Source: a virus
Reading direction: 5' to 3' (one strand)
DNA length: 53,750 nt
Virus record (IMG/VR): IMGVR_UViG_3300010413_000043
Span: 1 to 53,750 of that record
Shown here: one piece after another, positions 34,380 to 43,061 of the stretch
Layout: every line of letters begins with the position of its first letter
Position numbering within the stretch: the stretch's first letter is position 1
Position numbers and translations under genes: made by a program
The notes under the pieces: generated by a model
Told to the model about the DNA's origin: nothing
Seen by the model: the letters and a program-made list of their open reading frames with translations, nothing else
The model's database searches: none

Positions 34380-35751
34380 TTTGATTTATTGTTATCCCGA
34401 TTATTTGTAATTGCTCGGGTGTTAATTCAAATATTCTCTTATCTCCATCCGATAAAGGCTGTTGATTAAGGGCTTTTCTCCATTCATTCCAAGTACACAC
34501 ACCTTTCATAAATTGATTTTCAAATTGATTATTTATAAGTGAGTTTGCCGTGGCTCTTTCTTTAAAATCCTCCTGCAATACTGCAACATGTTCAAATGTT
34601 GGTATATATTGTAACCCGAAATCCTCAAGTCTTAACCAATCATTTAAATCATTTATGTAATCATCAAATTCAGGAATAATAGTATCCTGATACAATCGTT
34701 TTAATGATGCGTTTTGATTCTCGAATGTTGCCCCTTGTATATAAAGTTTTACTAATATCTCGGGTACTCCTAAAGTGTGAGCAACTATTAAAGAATCATT
34801 AGCAATAGATTCGAATATCCCTAGTTTTCTTATGTCCTGATCTATAATTGTAGTCTTAATAGGCACCTTAGTAACAAGATTAGGCAATTGACCATCAAGA
34901 AAACCATAATCATTAAATTGCTCTTGTAATTCATCTTTTTCATCATCTTCAAGTGGATCACTTGCATTAAATCCATCACTCGGTTGTACATCTGGAGATA
35001 TCACCAATCTGGCACCCCTATTTTTTAAAACTACATTTTGGCTTTCGTAACCCATCTCAATATTTGAAATCGGCTTTGATAATGGTTTTAAAGGAGATTG
35101 TCCGAATATAAGATCATTAGTATCACTTAAATTAACATTAACCTCTTTCCGATGCAATATATCATCGTATTTAAATGTCATATTTTTATCAGCCAAATAA
35201 CCAAAAGTCCATTTATCAATTATCTCACTCAAATCAGTCGCATTGAAATAATTACCTTTCAAATAAACATTCATATATTGTGGCCAAAGATTCCAAATAA
35301 CTTGTACAGTTTCAAGATTCATAGTATAATTATCCGGCTTGTTTCCATATTGGAAAGAATTTCCGAATACTTTTTTGAAAAATAAATATGACCTGAGATA
35401 TTCCCAGCGTGATTGTAAAGGATTTGGATTATTAATTAGCCTGAATGCTTTTTGAATAAGCTTTTTTTTCTGTATGTTAAGATTGTATAGATCGCTTTCT
35501 GAATAAATATCACCTGTCTTTAGGTCTTTTACTTTCACTCTGCCGTTTGCAAAGGCTTTAGAAAGGATATCTATAACCGCAAAAACTACCGGATTATCGT
35601 TTATTATGTTTTCGTATGCCTTAAGGTCCTGAGTGTTTACCCATGTGGGGGTGTTATTTCCTAGATAGTAGACATTATATCCGGTGGGTAATATTTTTTT
35701 GACCTCTTTTTGAGGAATTTGTTTTTTCTTAAATTTAAAAGGGTTTCTCAT
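34357..35751 (-). CDS. Portal protein
   Basis: 464 aa lying between TerL and the prohead protease, with typical size and order. Confidence 0.7.
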   Translation of the reverse strand: MRNPFKFKKKQIPQKEVKKILPTGYNVYYLGNNTPTWVNTQDLKAYENIINDNPVVFAVIDILSKAFANGRVKVKDLKTGDIYSESDLYNLNIQKKKLIQKAFRLINNPNPLQSRWEYLRSYLFFKKVFGNSFQYGNKPDNYTMNLETVQVIWNLWPQYMNVYLKGNYFNATDLSEIIDKWTFGYLADKNMTFKYDDILHRKEVNVNLSDTNDLIFGQSPLKPLSKPISNIEMGYESQNVVLKNRGARLVISPDVQPSDGFNASDPLEDDEKDELQEQFNDYGFLDGQLPNLVTKVPIKTTIIDQDIRKLGIFESIANDSLIVAHTLGVPEILVKLYIQGATFENQNASLKRLYQDTIIPEFDDYINDLNDWLRLEDFGLQYIPTFEHVAVLQEDFKERATANSLINNQFENQFMKGVCTWNEWRKALNQQPLSDGDKRIFELTPEQLQIIGITINQNGQNNNQ

Positions 35752-35872
35752 CTACCTTTTTTCTTTCAAAATTAAAGTAAATGAGTATACAGATAAAGTT
35801 TAATTAATTAATATATGACATTATGACGTATTTAAATTGCATAAAATAGTTAAAATGTCAGTTTATTGTATT

Positions 35873-36076
35873 TTATTTTTGTTGATATCCTTTTTTTTGT
35901 TTAATGATATCTCTTTCGAAGAATATCTCCCAATCTTTGAATCGTTTGTAATTTGGTCTATGAATCTTTTTTGCCGCTTTTCTTCTCCATCTTGCTACAC
36001 TTTGACCAGAACGGCCAATTATACGCCCTGCATCAGCCATTGAACATTCAAATATTCTTTTATCACATCTATTCAT
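35873..36076 (-). CDS. Small NUMOD1-like HTH protein (67 aa)
   Basis: IFECSMADAGRIIGRSGQSVARWRRK resembles the NUMOD1 DNA-binding motif of homing endonucleases. Start set at the ATG at 36076. Confidence 0.4.
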   Translation of the reverse strand: MNRCDKRIFECSMADAGRIIGRSGQSVARWRRKAAKKIHRPNYKRFKDWEIFFERDIIKQKKGYQQK

Positions 36077-36086
36077 TAATATAATG

Positions 36087-37628
36087 CTAGTCGGTTTCTT
36101 CTGTATATGTATCATCATTATCGTTATTTTGTTCGTCTTTATATTTCAGTTTTACAAGCTTTTTAAATATTGCCCTTATCCCCTTACTTAAACCGGCAGT
36201 GCTATCAGGGGCATCATCATTATCATTCTTTCCTTCTTTTACAAAGTCTGTCAAGTTTACAAAGTATTCTTTGTATGCATCATCCTGCTCATCATCCTCA
36301 AGAAAATAAAAGTCATAAATATATCCGGCTTCGAAAAGTATTCGAGTTATCTTCATTACATTTGATGGCTGTCTTAATCCATTAACTTTATAAGGTTTTA
36401 CAAGATTTCTAATATTATTAACATATAAAGTACCCTCTTTATTTGTCTCTATGTATGTCCAATCAATACCATGCTTTTTAATAAATGCCACCTGTTTAGG
36501 TTGTGTGTATTTGAATTCTTTCCTGGTAAATATTACATCTGTTATGAAAACATCATAAATATTATCTGGATTACTGAATATATAACCAACAGGTGCGCTA
36601 TAATAATCATTTCCTTTATCGGCAGTATCGACAAAACATACCTTCCCGATTAGGTTATCCATGTTCAAATCTGCCTTTCTGAATCGTTTTAATTCAGATT
36701 TACGGAACAATATACCCTTAAATTCAACCGGATTTTGCATGTACTCGGATAACCAAAACTCCTCTTTTCCTTTCCTGTAAAATCTATCCCGGATCTTTCT
36801 ATACTTCTTAGTCGTTTTAACTTTCTCGCAAAATGAATTGTCGTTTTCATCCAGAGCCGGGACCTTTATAAATATGTCATAATCCCCGGCATCATGTTTC
36901 ACACCCATATAATCTTTCGTGGTCCAACGTGTACCCACATCATACTGCTTTACTATATCCTCAAGCCTGGAATCAAAAGCAGAATCCATAAATATGTCAG
37001 TCCTTTCAATTATAGTCGGACTCATAGCCTCATTATGTGATTTGTATAAATCGTCCGTTATAGCCACCAGAGTTGCACCCAATCCAATTATTGCACCATC
37101 CACACCGGCACCGAAATAACTTACACCCTGCTCTGATTTTTCTAATGACCAACCGGTTACAGCTGCATTTTCTCGGTCAAGATATATACCTGGAAATACA
37201 TCACAAAATTTTTCTGAATTAATAATATTCCTAACGTCACGAGAAAGTTTGTTGTATAGGCTTTGTCCGTGTGAAACTCTCATTATGCTTTCAGTCGGAT
37301 ATTTACCAAGTCCCCACGTACAAGCCATACTAATACCGTAGCTTTTTCCGGCACGAGGTGGAAGAGATGCCCCAGCTATCTCAGGGTTCTCATTGAACTT
37401 TTCTACATACTTATTACTCTTTATTCTTTCGATTAATCCAACTGGTATCTTTTCTTTTCTTTCCCACTGTATAAGGTATTGATACACGTCTATTACAGGT
37501 TGTAGAAAATCCTGACGTTCTAAAAAGAAGTCAGGATTCATGTACACACAGTATTCCCATGCATAGGAACGCGCTAATATTATCTGAAGTTCATCATCTG
37601 TAATCGAAGGAAGTTTCTCCCTACCCAT
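36087..37628 (-). CDS. terL: Terminase large subunit
   Basis: Walker A-like PPRAGKSY, Walker B VAITDDLY, and a C-terminal nuclease-like VDTADKGNDYYS. 513 aa, upstream of the portal gene. Confidence 0.85.
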   Translation of the reverse strand: MGREKLPSITDDELQIILARSYAWEYCVYMNPDFFLERQDFLQPVIDVYQYLIQWERKEKIPVGLIERIKSNKYVEKFNENPEIAGASLPPRAGKSYGISMACTWGLGKYPTESIMRVSHGQSLYNKLSRDVRNIINSEKFCDVFPGIYLDRENAAVTGWSLEKSEQGVSYFGAGVDGAIIGLGATLVAITDDLYKSHNEAMSPTIIERTDIFMDSAFDSRLEDIVKQYDVGTRWTTKDYMGVKHDAGDYDIFIKVPALDENDNSFCEKVKTTKKYRKIRDRFYRKGKEEFWLSEYMQNPVEFKGILFRKSELKRFRKADLNMDNLIGKVCFVDTADKGNDYYSAPVGYIFSNPDNIYDVFITDVIFTRKEFKYTQPKQVAFIKKHGIDWTYIETNKEGTLYVNNIRNLVKPYKVNGLRQPSNVMKITRILFEAGYIYDFYFLEDDEQDDAYKEYFVNLTDFVKEGKNDNDDAPDSTAGLSKGIRAIFKKLVKLKYKDEQNNDNDDTYTEETD

Positions 37629-37629
37629 A

Positions 37630-38058
37630 TTAAATACATGTAATTACTAATGTTTGCAGTTTTCCGGCATCGTAAATATACTCGACATCTGTAATTTTTA
37701 ATATTAAATCACCTTCATCGTAAGGATTATCAATTCTTATTTTATCGTATCTTCTAGGAACTATTCCAAAAGGAAATTCCATTGTAATACTTTTCAGCCC
37801 ATTTTTACCAGGCTTAAAGTGTGCTTCTGAATAAACTATACATTTTATAGTTTTTGCTGGTGCTAATAGTTCATCATTTTTTGCTAAAAAGTAAAATAAG
37901 GCTCCGAATATCAATAATAAATATGATAATAATAAAGCATATTTTTCAATGTCATCTAATTCAATGAACATAAATAATACTTTGTTTATTATCCATATTG
38001 CTACACCCCATTGTAGCAAAATTTTTGACCACTTTGATAAATTTTCAATTCTTTTCAT
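37630..38058 (-). CDS. Membrane protein (first late gene, in the usual TerS position)
   Basis: Two hydrophobic helices (ILLQWGVAIWIINKVLFMF, ALLLSYLLLIFGALFYFL). The listed start at 38079 is TTG; the ATG is at 38058. Confidence 0.55.
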   Translation of the reverse strand: MKRIENLSKWSKILLQWGVAIWIINKVLFMFIELDDIEKYALLLSYLLLIFGALFYFLAKNDELLAPAKTIKCIVYSEAHFKPGKNGLKSITMEFPFGIVPRRYDKIRIDNPYDEGDLILKITDVEYIYDAGKLQTLVITCI

Positions 38059-38100
38059 AATGTTACGTTTATGTAACAAAAATACTTAATTTTTTGGAAT

Positions 38101-38128
38101 AAAAAAACCCTGTGAAGCACTCACAGGG
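38101..38128 (-). terminator. Strong intrinsic terminator immediately upstream of the late operon
   Basis: CCCTGTGA(38108-38115)/TCACAGGG(38121-38128) with a 5-nt loop, followed by 7 U on the minus strand (plus-strand A-run 38101-38107). Confidence 0.8.
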
Positions 38129-38195
38129 TAACGAAACATTTAACTGAAAAGCCGGTTTAAAAATAAACCCCAGAATAATTGCCTTACAATCTATA

Positions 38196-38203
38196 CAAAT
38201 ATA
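38196..38203 (-). promoter_or_regulatory. -7-type promoter box TATATTTG (no matching -33)
   Basis: The minus-strand 13-mer TGTATATTTGTAT is identical to the one at 52517-52529. ATATTTGTAT is shared with the three early cassettes. Confidence 0.45.
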
Positions 38204-38214
38204 CAATTTTTTGA

Positions 38215-38454
38215 TTAAAACATAACCCTATACATATCTTTTAATATTATCGTATCATTGATATTGAATATTGTATCATGCTTTAAGAGTCTTGATGATT
38301 TACATCTGTAATCATAGACATAATAATACTTTTCATCTTCATTATATATTACTTTTGCCCCTGTATTATAATCCTGTTCAATACAGTTACATAATTTATA
38401 AGTTGAGCAGGAATAGAACATTAATAAGATTGTTAGTTTAGTTAGATTTTTCAT
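38215..38454 (-). CDS. Putative lipoprotein (79 aa)
   Basis: MKNLTKLTILLMFYSCS reads as a signal peptide with a lipobox-like Cys. Confidence 0.5.
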   Translation of the reverse strand: MKNLTKLTILLMFYSCSTYKLCNCIEQDYNTGAKVIYNEDEKYYYVYDYRCKSSRLLKHDTIFNINDTIILKDMYRVMF

Positions 38455-38460
38455 TTTGTT

Positions 38461-38808
38461 TTAATTTACATACAATTTATTATTTTTTATGAAATTATAA
38501 GCCAGGTCAAAGCTTCCTTTTTCCATGTCTTGTTTATTATTGGTAATATTTAAGTTATCGATTAGATCGTGAGTATCGTTTATCATTGCATTATTAATAT
38601 CCTTATTTGCAAAATGCAGAACGTTGCTAATAAAATCAAGGTCCGGATCATCTTTTCTTAGCTCATTTAATATATGAATATAAGCCAATTTAAGCCTAAT
38701 AAATACTATTCTATCATTATTGCTTTTACATAAGCTTAAAGACATATTACACAATTCAAGTGCCTTATTAAATGAGTATATTAGCTTTATCTTAGTTTCT
38801 GGATTCAT
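38461..38808 (-). CDS. Hypothetical protein (115 aa)
   Basis: ORF with an ATG at 38808. Confidence 0.6.
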   Translation of the reverse strand: MNPETKIKLIYSFNKALELCNMSLSLCKSNNDRIVFIRLKLAYIHILNELRKDDPDLDFISNVLHFANKDINNAMINDTHDLIDNLNITNNKQDMEKGSFDLAYNFIKNNKLYVN

Positions 38809-38815
38809 TTGGTTT

Positions 38816-39130
38816 TTATTTTCCAGTTATTTCATATATAAAACCAAAATCATTATGATCAACATTTATAATTAATGCTTTTGGACAATTTTGTATAGAG
38901 TCTAGTAAATAAGTATTAATTATTTCGCTTCTACCCTTTAAAAATCTCATTTTATCATAAAAATAAATGGCGTTATCTAATGAATCAAATTCTTCATATT
39001 TAGTAATATAAACAGTATCGTTAGAATAACATCCATTGTTATACTTGCAATCTCTCATTGTGTTCAAATCCGATTTTTCAGATACATTTGTTATTATCAT
39101 AATAACCCAAAATACTATATATTTTTCCAT
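38816..39130 (-). CDS. Hypothetical protein with a hydrophobic N-terminus (104 aa)
   Basis: MEKYIVFWVIMIITNV is an N-terminal hydrophobic segment. Confidence 0.55.
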   Translation of the reverse strand: MEKYIVFWVIMIITNVSEKSDLNTMRDCKYNNGCYSNDTVYITKYEEFDSLDNAIYFYDKMRFLKGRSEIINTYLLDSIQNCPKALIINVDHNDFGFIYEITGK

Positions 39131-39132
39131 AT

Positions 39133-39339
39133 CTAATCTATTAAATAATTAATTATTCCATCTACTTTAAGAGTCTCTGATTTAAGTAGTCTTATGTAAT
39201 CCGGATTATCTTTGTGTTTATCATAGTCTGCAATCATTGCAGCAAGGTTTTTAATTGGAGTGAGTTTGTTCCGGAGTTCGGCTTTCTTTTCCAGCTCTTC
39301 CCATTCTGCATCCGTGTATTTGTTTCTTAGATTTCCCAT
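39133..39339 (-). CDS. Hypothetical protein (68 aa)
   Basis: ORF with an ATG at 39339. Confidence 0.55.
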   Translation of the reverse strand: MGNLRNKYTDAEWEELEKKAELRNKLTPIKNLAAMIADYDKHKDNPDYIRLLKSETLKVDGIINYLID

Positions 39340-39340
39340 T

Positions 39341-39928
39341 TTATAACTGTTTAATTATTTCACTCCATTGCTCAGACATAGCTTCGGCAATTCCTTTGAA
39401 AGTCTTTGATCTTAATTTCGCTCTGTCATTAGATGGCGACATTTTCCAAATTCTTTGCTCTCTACCTTCTACTATATTAGTAGGTTTAAGCTTAGGTAAA
39501 CTATTTAACAAAATACAAGTAGCTTTTGTTTCTCCGTGTCCAAATTGCCACGGCTGTATGATTTGGTCTGGTTTTCTGTAATGGGTTGACATTATTCCGA
39601 TTGGATTTTCTATAGCAAAGGGTATTTTTAATTTAGTAAACGCCAAGAAAAAATCAATAGACTTCTGTTGCCTTCCATCCATTTGCTTTTCTTTAAACCA
39701 CCGAGCACCACTTGAAGCTAAGTCAGTACACGGAGGAAAGGCAATAACAGCTATATATTTGCCAGAATAAGCTTCTTTTATCGCATCGTTTCGTATGTGC
39801 CATTCATGGTATCCCCCACTACAATCTATTAAATCACAACTATAAGCCTCAATTCCTTTATTTCTAAAAGCTATAGTCACAGCCTGGCTTTCTTCGCATG
39901 CTACTAATTTCATTATTTTTCCCTTCAT
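39341..39928 (-). CDS. C5-cytosine-methyltransferase-like protein lacking a canonical motif I
   Basis: Motif IV-like FPPCTDLASSG with the catalytic Cys, motif VI-like ENP, and a C-terminal RSKTFKGIAEAMSEQW. LVACEESQA stands in place of FxGxG. Confidence 0.5.
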   Translation of the reverse strand: MKGKIMKLVACEESQAVTIAFRNKGIEAYSCDLIDCSGGYHEWHIRNDAIKEAYSGKYIAVIAFPPCTDLASSGARWFKEKQMDGRQQKSIDFFLAFTKLKIPFAIENPIGIMSTHYRKPDQIIQPWQFGHGETKATCILLNSLPKLKPTNIVEGREQRIWKMSPSNDRAKLRSKTFKGIAEAMSEQWSEIIKQL

Positions 39929-40224
39929 AAAGCTTTTTTAAGTTGTTTGCATTTTATCCAATCTTCACCTCTTCCTATTCCGGAGTCTATCATATGTTCA
40001 CATCTTAAGCATTTATTTGATCCTATATAGCATTCTTTTAATTTACATTTTTCATAAAAATCACCATCAATGTTTTTTGGATAATATTTATTTTCCTCCC
40101 ATTTTTTTAGTGCTTTGTAATATGCTTTTTCTCCTCCTTTAATTGTCCAGGTTCCGTATTTAGAATATTTATGACTTTCCTCCCAGCCGGAATTTTCCGG
40201 ATTTGGTTTGCTTGTTTGTTTCAT
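39925..40224 (-). CDS. Cys-rich small protein (99 aa)
   Basis: CKLKEC...CLRCEH...C cluster. ATGA overlaps on both sides. Confidence 0.55.
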   Translation of the reverse strand: MKQTSKPNPENSGWEESHKYSKYGTWTIKGGEKAYYKALKKWEENKYYPKNIDGDFYEKCKLKECYIGSNKCLRCEHMIDSGIGRGEDWIKCKQLKKAL

Positions 40225-41087
40225 TTTGTTAAGTATTTAATCGCATCTTTATATTTTATTCCGTTATTTTCGTAATTCATAACTGAATTATATATTGCTG
40301 GATAATTATTTTTCAATCGTTCAAATCTATTATCCAAATGGCAACCAAATCCGCATACCATACAGCCAGTCTGCTTTTCTCCTTTATCATAAATCTCACA
40401 ATAAGATAATTTATATTTTCTTATTATTTCCCAAATATCATTTGTTGTAAATATACTCAAAGGATAACTAGCCTGTCTTTTAGTATAAAAAGAATTACAT
40501 CCATTTTTTAAATACTTTTGCTTACGCAAACTGCTTTCTGAAGCCATTGTTCCAATTATTGGTTTCAATCCTGTTTCTTTCTCGAATTTAATTGCTGGCT
40601 TTTTCTTTAAATAATAGCAGCATTTTTCTGATATATCAAAATGTGATTTAATTAAATACTGCCATTTATTTGAAATCTTACCCTGATTACCATTACGACC
40701 ATTTAAGCGTAAGTTAAGAAGCTTTTCGCTATTCGTTGTTCTTGCTTCTCTTATATATTGAGCCTGCTCCTTAGATATCAGAGGAAATCCATATTTTTCA
40801 ATTACTTTTTTTAAATTTATTTCAGGCTCTATTCTAATTAAATTAGGAATAGTTTTAATAAATTTATAAATATCAGGATACTCATTTGTTGTATTGAAAA
40901 ATACGGCTGGTATATCTTTTTTTATCATTCGACACAAATATAACAATACTGTACTGTCCTTACCTCCTGAAAAACTTACATAGCTATCAAAATGATTAAG
41001 CCAATTTTCTATAGTTCCTAAAGCATGGTCAATTTTTTGATTTATATTCCATGTTAATCTATCGTTATATTCTTTAATACTTACCAT
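40221..41087 (-). CDS. PAPS-reductase / DndC-like PP-loop ATPase
   Basis: PP-loop SFSGGKDSTVLL and a C-terminal Cys cluster CMVCGFGCH. Confidence 0.7.
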   Translation of the reverse strand: MVSIKEYNDRLTWNINQKIDHALGTIENWLNHFDSYVSFSGGKDSTVLLYLCRMIKKDIPAVFFNTTNEYPDIYKFIKTIPNLIRIEPEINLKKVIEKYGFPLISKEQAQYIREARTTNSEKLLNLRLNGRNGNQGKISNKWQYLIKSHFDISEKCCYYLKKKPAIKFEKETGLKPIIGTMASESSLRKQKYLKNGCNSFYTKRQASYPLSIFTTNDIWEIIRKYKLSYCEIYDKGEKQTGCMVCGFGCHLDNRFERLKNNYPAIYNSVMNYENNGIKYKDAIKYLTK

Positions 41088-41140
41088 CTCTTCAATTTTT
41101 AATTATAAACTATCTTTAAGTGCTTCTTTTCATGTAATTA

Positions 41141-41983
41141 TTATGAAATATAAGATAAATAATCTGAAATATCATTTATTAAAACATCAATCATTTCATT
41201 TTTACTTTTCAGCGTTTTAAGTTTTTTTATTGATTTTAGATTATCTAAAATCATTAATTGTTTTTCTTTAGATATATCTTTATGAAACACAGCTTTTTCA
41301 ACTGCATATTTAACAGCTTTGCGAATTGATTCTTCTTCTTTTTTTGCTTCCTCTAATGATATAAATGATTTTCTATAATCACTATCGCCAAATGGTTTAG
41401 TGTCGCTAAAAGCATAATTATTATTTATCTGAGTAAATCTTAAATAATTTCTGTTTTGCTTTCCAAAACGTGCATATTCTGAATATTTTTCACTTAATTT
41501 ATTATATTCATCTATGGCTATTTCTCGTCCATTTACTGTAAATAATACTTCATTTGATGAATACATTCCAGTTACATAAGAATCAATAAAATTTGATTCT
41601 GAATAAACCATATAGCCTACGATAATAATTTTAACATCTTTAGGCTCAGGATCTTTATAAACAGGCTCAAAATCTTTCAATTCTTTTCTATTAGCTATTG
41701 CTCTTAATGTTTCCTGTTCAGATGATTCAGAAGAATAATTCTGTGGCTTAGATTCATAATACTCAACTGTTATTATTTCTTCGCCTCTCGAATAATGAAT
41801 TATTTCTTTAGAATTTTTAAGTGTTTGAAACACATCACTTTTTTTTATTATAATATCTTGATGCGTCAATTCACTATCTATAATATTGCCATTAAGTAAG
41901 TATTTAGTATAATTAGACAATCGACCTCTTTTTATTAGAAAAGCATCTTTTTCAACTATTTCAATTACTTTAATTTCTTCCAT
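41141..41983 (-). CDS. Hypothetical protein (280 aa)
   Basis: ORF with an ATG at 41983. Confidence 0.65.
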   Translation of the reverse strand: MEEIKVIEIVEKDAFLIKRGRLSNYTKYLLNGNIIDSELTHQDIIIKKSDVFQTLKNSKEIIHYSRGEEIITVEYYESKPQNYSSESSEQETLRAIANRKELKDFEPVYKDPEPKDVKIIIVGYMVYSESNFIDSYVTGMYSSNEVLFTVNGREIAIDEYNKLSEKYSEYARFGKQNRNYLRFTQINNNYAFSDTKPFGDSDYRKSFISLEEAKKEEESIRKAVKYAVEKAVFHKDISKEKQLMILDNLKSIKKLKTLKSKNEMIDVLINDISDYLSYIS

Positions 41984-42010
41984 GAATATTTTTATTTTAG
42001 TGTTTAAAGT

Positions 42011-42247
42011 TTACTTTATTTTTAAAAAATCTATAAACCGCTCATTTTTGTGTATCTTCTCGATTATAGCGTTTTTTATGTCCGGGTCAGTTGAAGATAG
42101 ATAGTCTTTATTTAAAAGCTCTATTTCTTTCTCGCACTCCTCTATTGTAAAAGAAACATTTTTCTCTTTTTTAGATCTAAGAACAATTATAGAGAACGTA
42201 ATAAGGCATAAAGCCTCTATTATAAGTACTATTAGTATTACTTTCAT
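42011..42247 (-). CDS. Small N-terminally anchored membrane protein (78 aa)
   Basis: MKVILIVLIIEALCLITFSIIVL is a transmembrane segment. Confidence 0.55.
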   Translation of the reverse strand: MKVILIVLIIEALCLITFSIIVLRSKKEKNVSFTIEECEKEIELLNKDYLSSTDPDIKNAIIEKIHKNERFIDFLKIK

Positions 42248-42252
42248 TTTTT

Positions 42253-42762
42253 TTATTTTTTTTGCATTAATAATAATTGATTCTGAGCAATTTTAGCAAT
42301 TTCATAAGCTACTTTTATCTTAGAATACTCATTGCTTGTATTGTCAGTTTCATACGATTTGTTTTCTTTAAAAAAAATATCCCATTCTTTTACACTTTTT
42401 TCTTTGCAGCCTATTTTAATTAAATCTTTGAATACTATTATATTCCATTTGCAATAAAGATTTAATATTATAGCTCCGACATCCTGATTGCCTCTGATAT
42501 CCTGATTGCCTATGACATACTGATAGCCTATGACATCCTGATTGCCTATGACATACTGATAGCCTATGACATCCTGATTGCCTCCGACATACTGATAGCC
42601 TATGACATACTGATATCCTCTGACATTCTGATAGCCTATGACATTCTGATTGCCTTTTGTTATTAAATTACCTTCAACGTATATATTGTTACATATTATG
42701 TTTTTTGTAATTATTGTTTCACCAGATATATACACGTTTTCATTTAGCATATTTATATCCAT
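42253..42762 (-). CDS. Hexapeptide-repeat (beta-helix-like) protein
   Basis: About 10 consecutive hexapeptides (VIGYQY / VIGNQD / VRGYQY). 169 aa. Confidence 0.6.
   Translation of the reverse strand: MDINMLNENVYISGETIITKNIICNNIYVEGNLITKGNQNVIGYQNVRGYQYVIGYQYVGGNQDVIGYQYVIGNQDVIGYQYVIGNQDIRGNQDVGAIILNLYCKWNIIVFKDLIKIGCKEKSVKEWDIFFKENKSYETDNTSNEYSKIKVAYEIAKIAQNQLLLMQKK
42478..42655 (-). repeat. About 10 x 18-bp tandem repeat (coding)
   Basis: Plus strand reads gacatcctgattgcctat / gacatactgatagcctat alternating with point variants. Confidence 0.9.
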
Positions 42763-42772
42763 TCCCTCAGTA

Positions 42773-42789
42773 TATTCTATAATAGAATA
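42773..42789. repeat. 17-bp perfect palindrome TATTCTATAATAGAATA in an intergenic leader
   Basis: Read directly. It lies 11 nt upstream of the ATG at 42762. Confidence 0.7.
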
Positions 42790-42839
42790 CGTTATACCAT
42801 TAATTAATTTTGTTTTAATTTTTTTTATTTTTTTTATGA

Positions 42840-43061
42840 TTAAAATAAAGAATACTTTAGCATTACCAGCTCTGTTTTTCTAGCTTCAAGCTCTTTTATA
42901 TGATCTTCTATTCCTAAAATAGATAAAGGCCTACGATCTTTAAGCGTTTTGTATTCAGGATGGATCTCAATATCACGCTGTATTCTTCGAATAGCTCGTC
43001 TATCTATGTTTAATAGACGGTCGATTCTATTTATTTCTTCTCTGTACTCAATGTTTGTCAT
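42840..43061 (-). CDS. Hypothetical protein (73 aa)
   Basis: ORF with an ATG at 43061. R/E-rich and helical-looking. Confidence 0.55.
   Translation of the reverse strand: MTNIEYREEINRIDRLLNIDRRAIRRIQRDIEIHPEYKTLKDRRPLSILGIEDHIKELEARKTELVMLKYSLF

Noticed and set aside
35767-35774. TAATTTTG -7-like box 15 nt upstream of the portal ATG, considered as an internal late promoter.
   Set aside because: There is no -33 element, and the implied leader is extremely short. A single TAnnTTTG match is expected by chance at this AT content.
42478-42655. Possible CRISPR-like array, given the regular short repeats.
   Set aside because: The units are contiguous 18-bp repeats with no spacers, lie in frame inside a 169-aa ORF, and encode a hexapeptide repeat.
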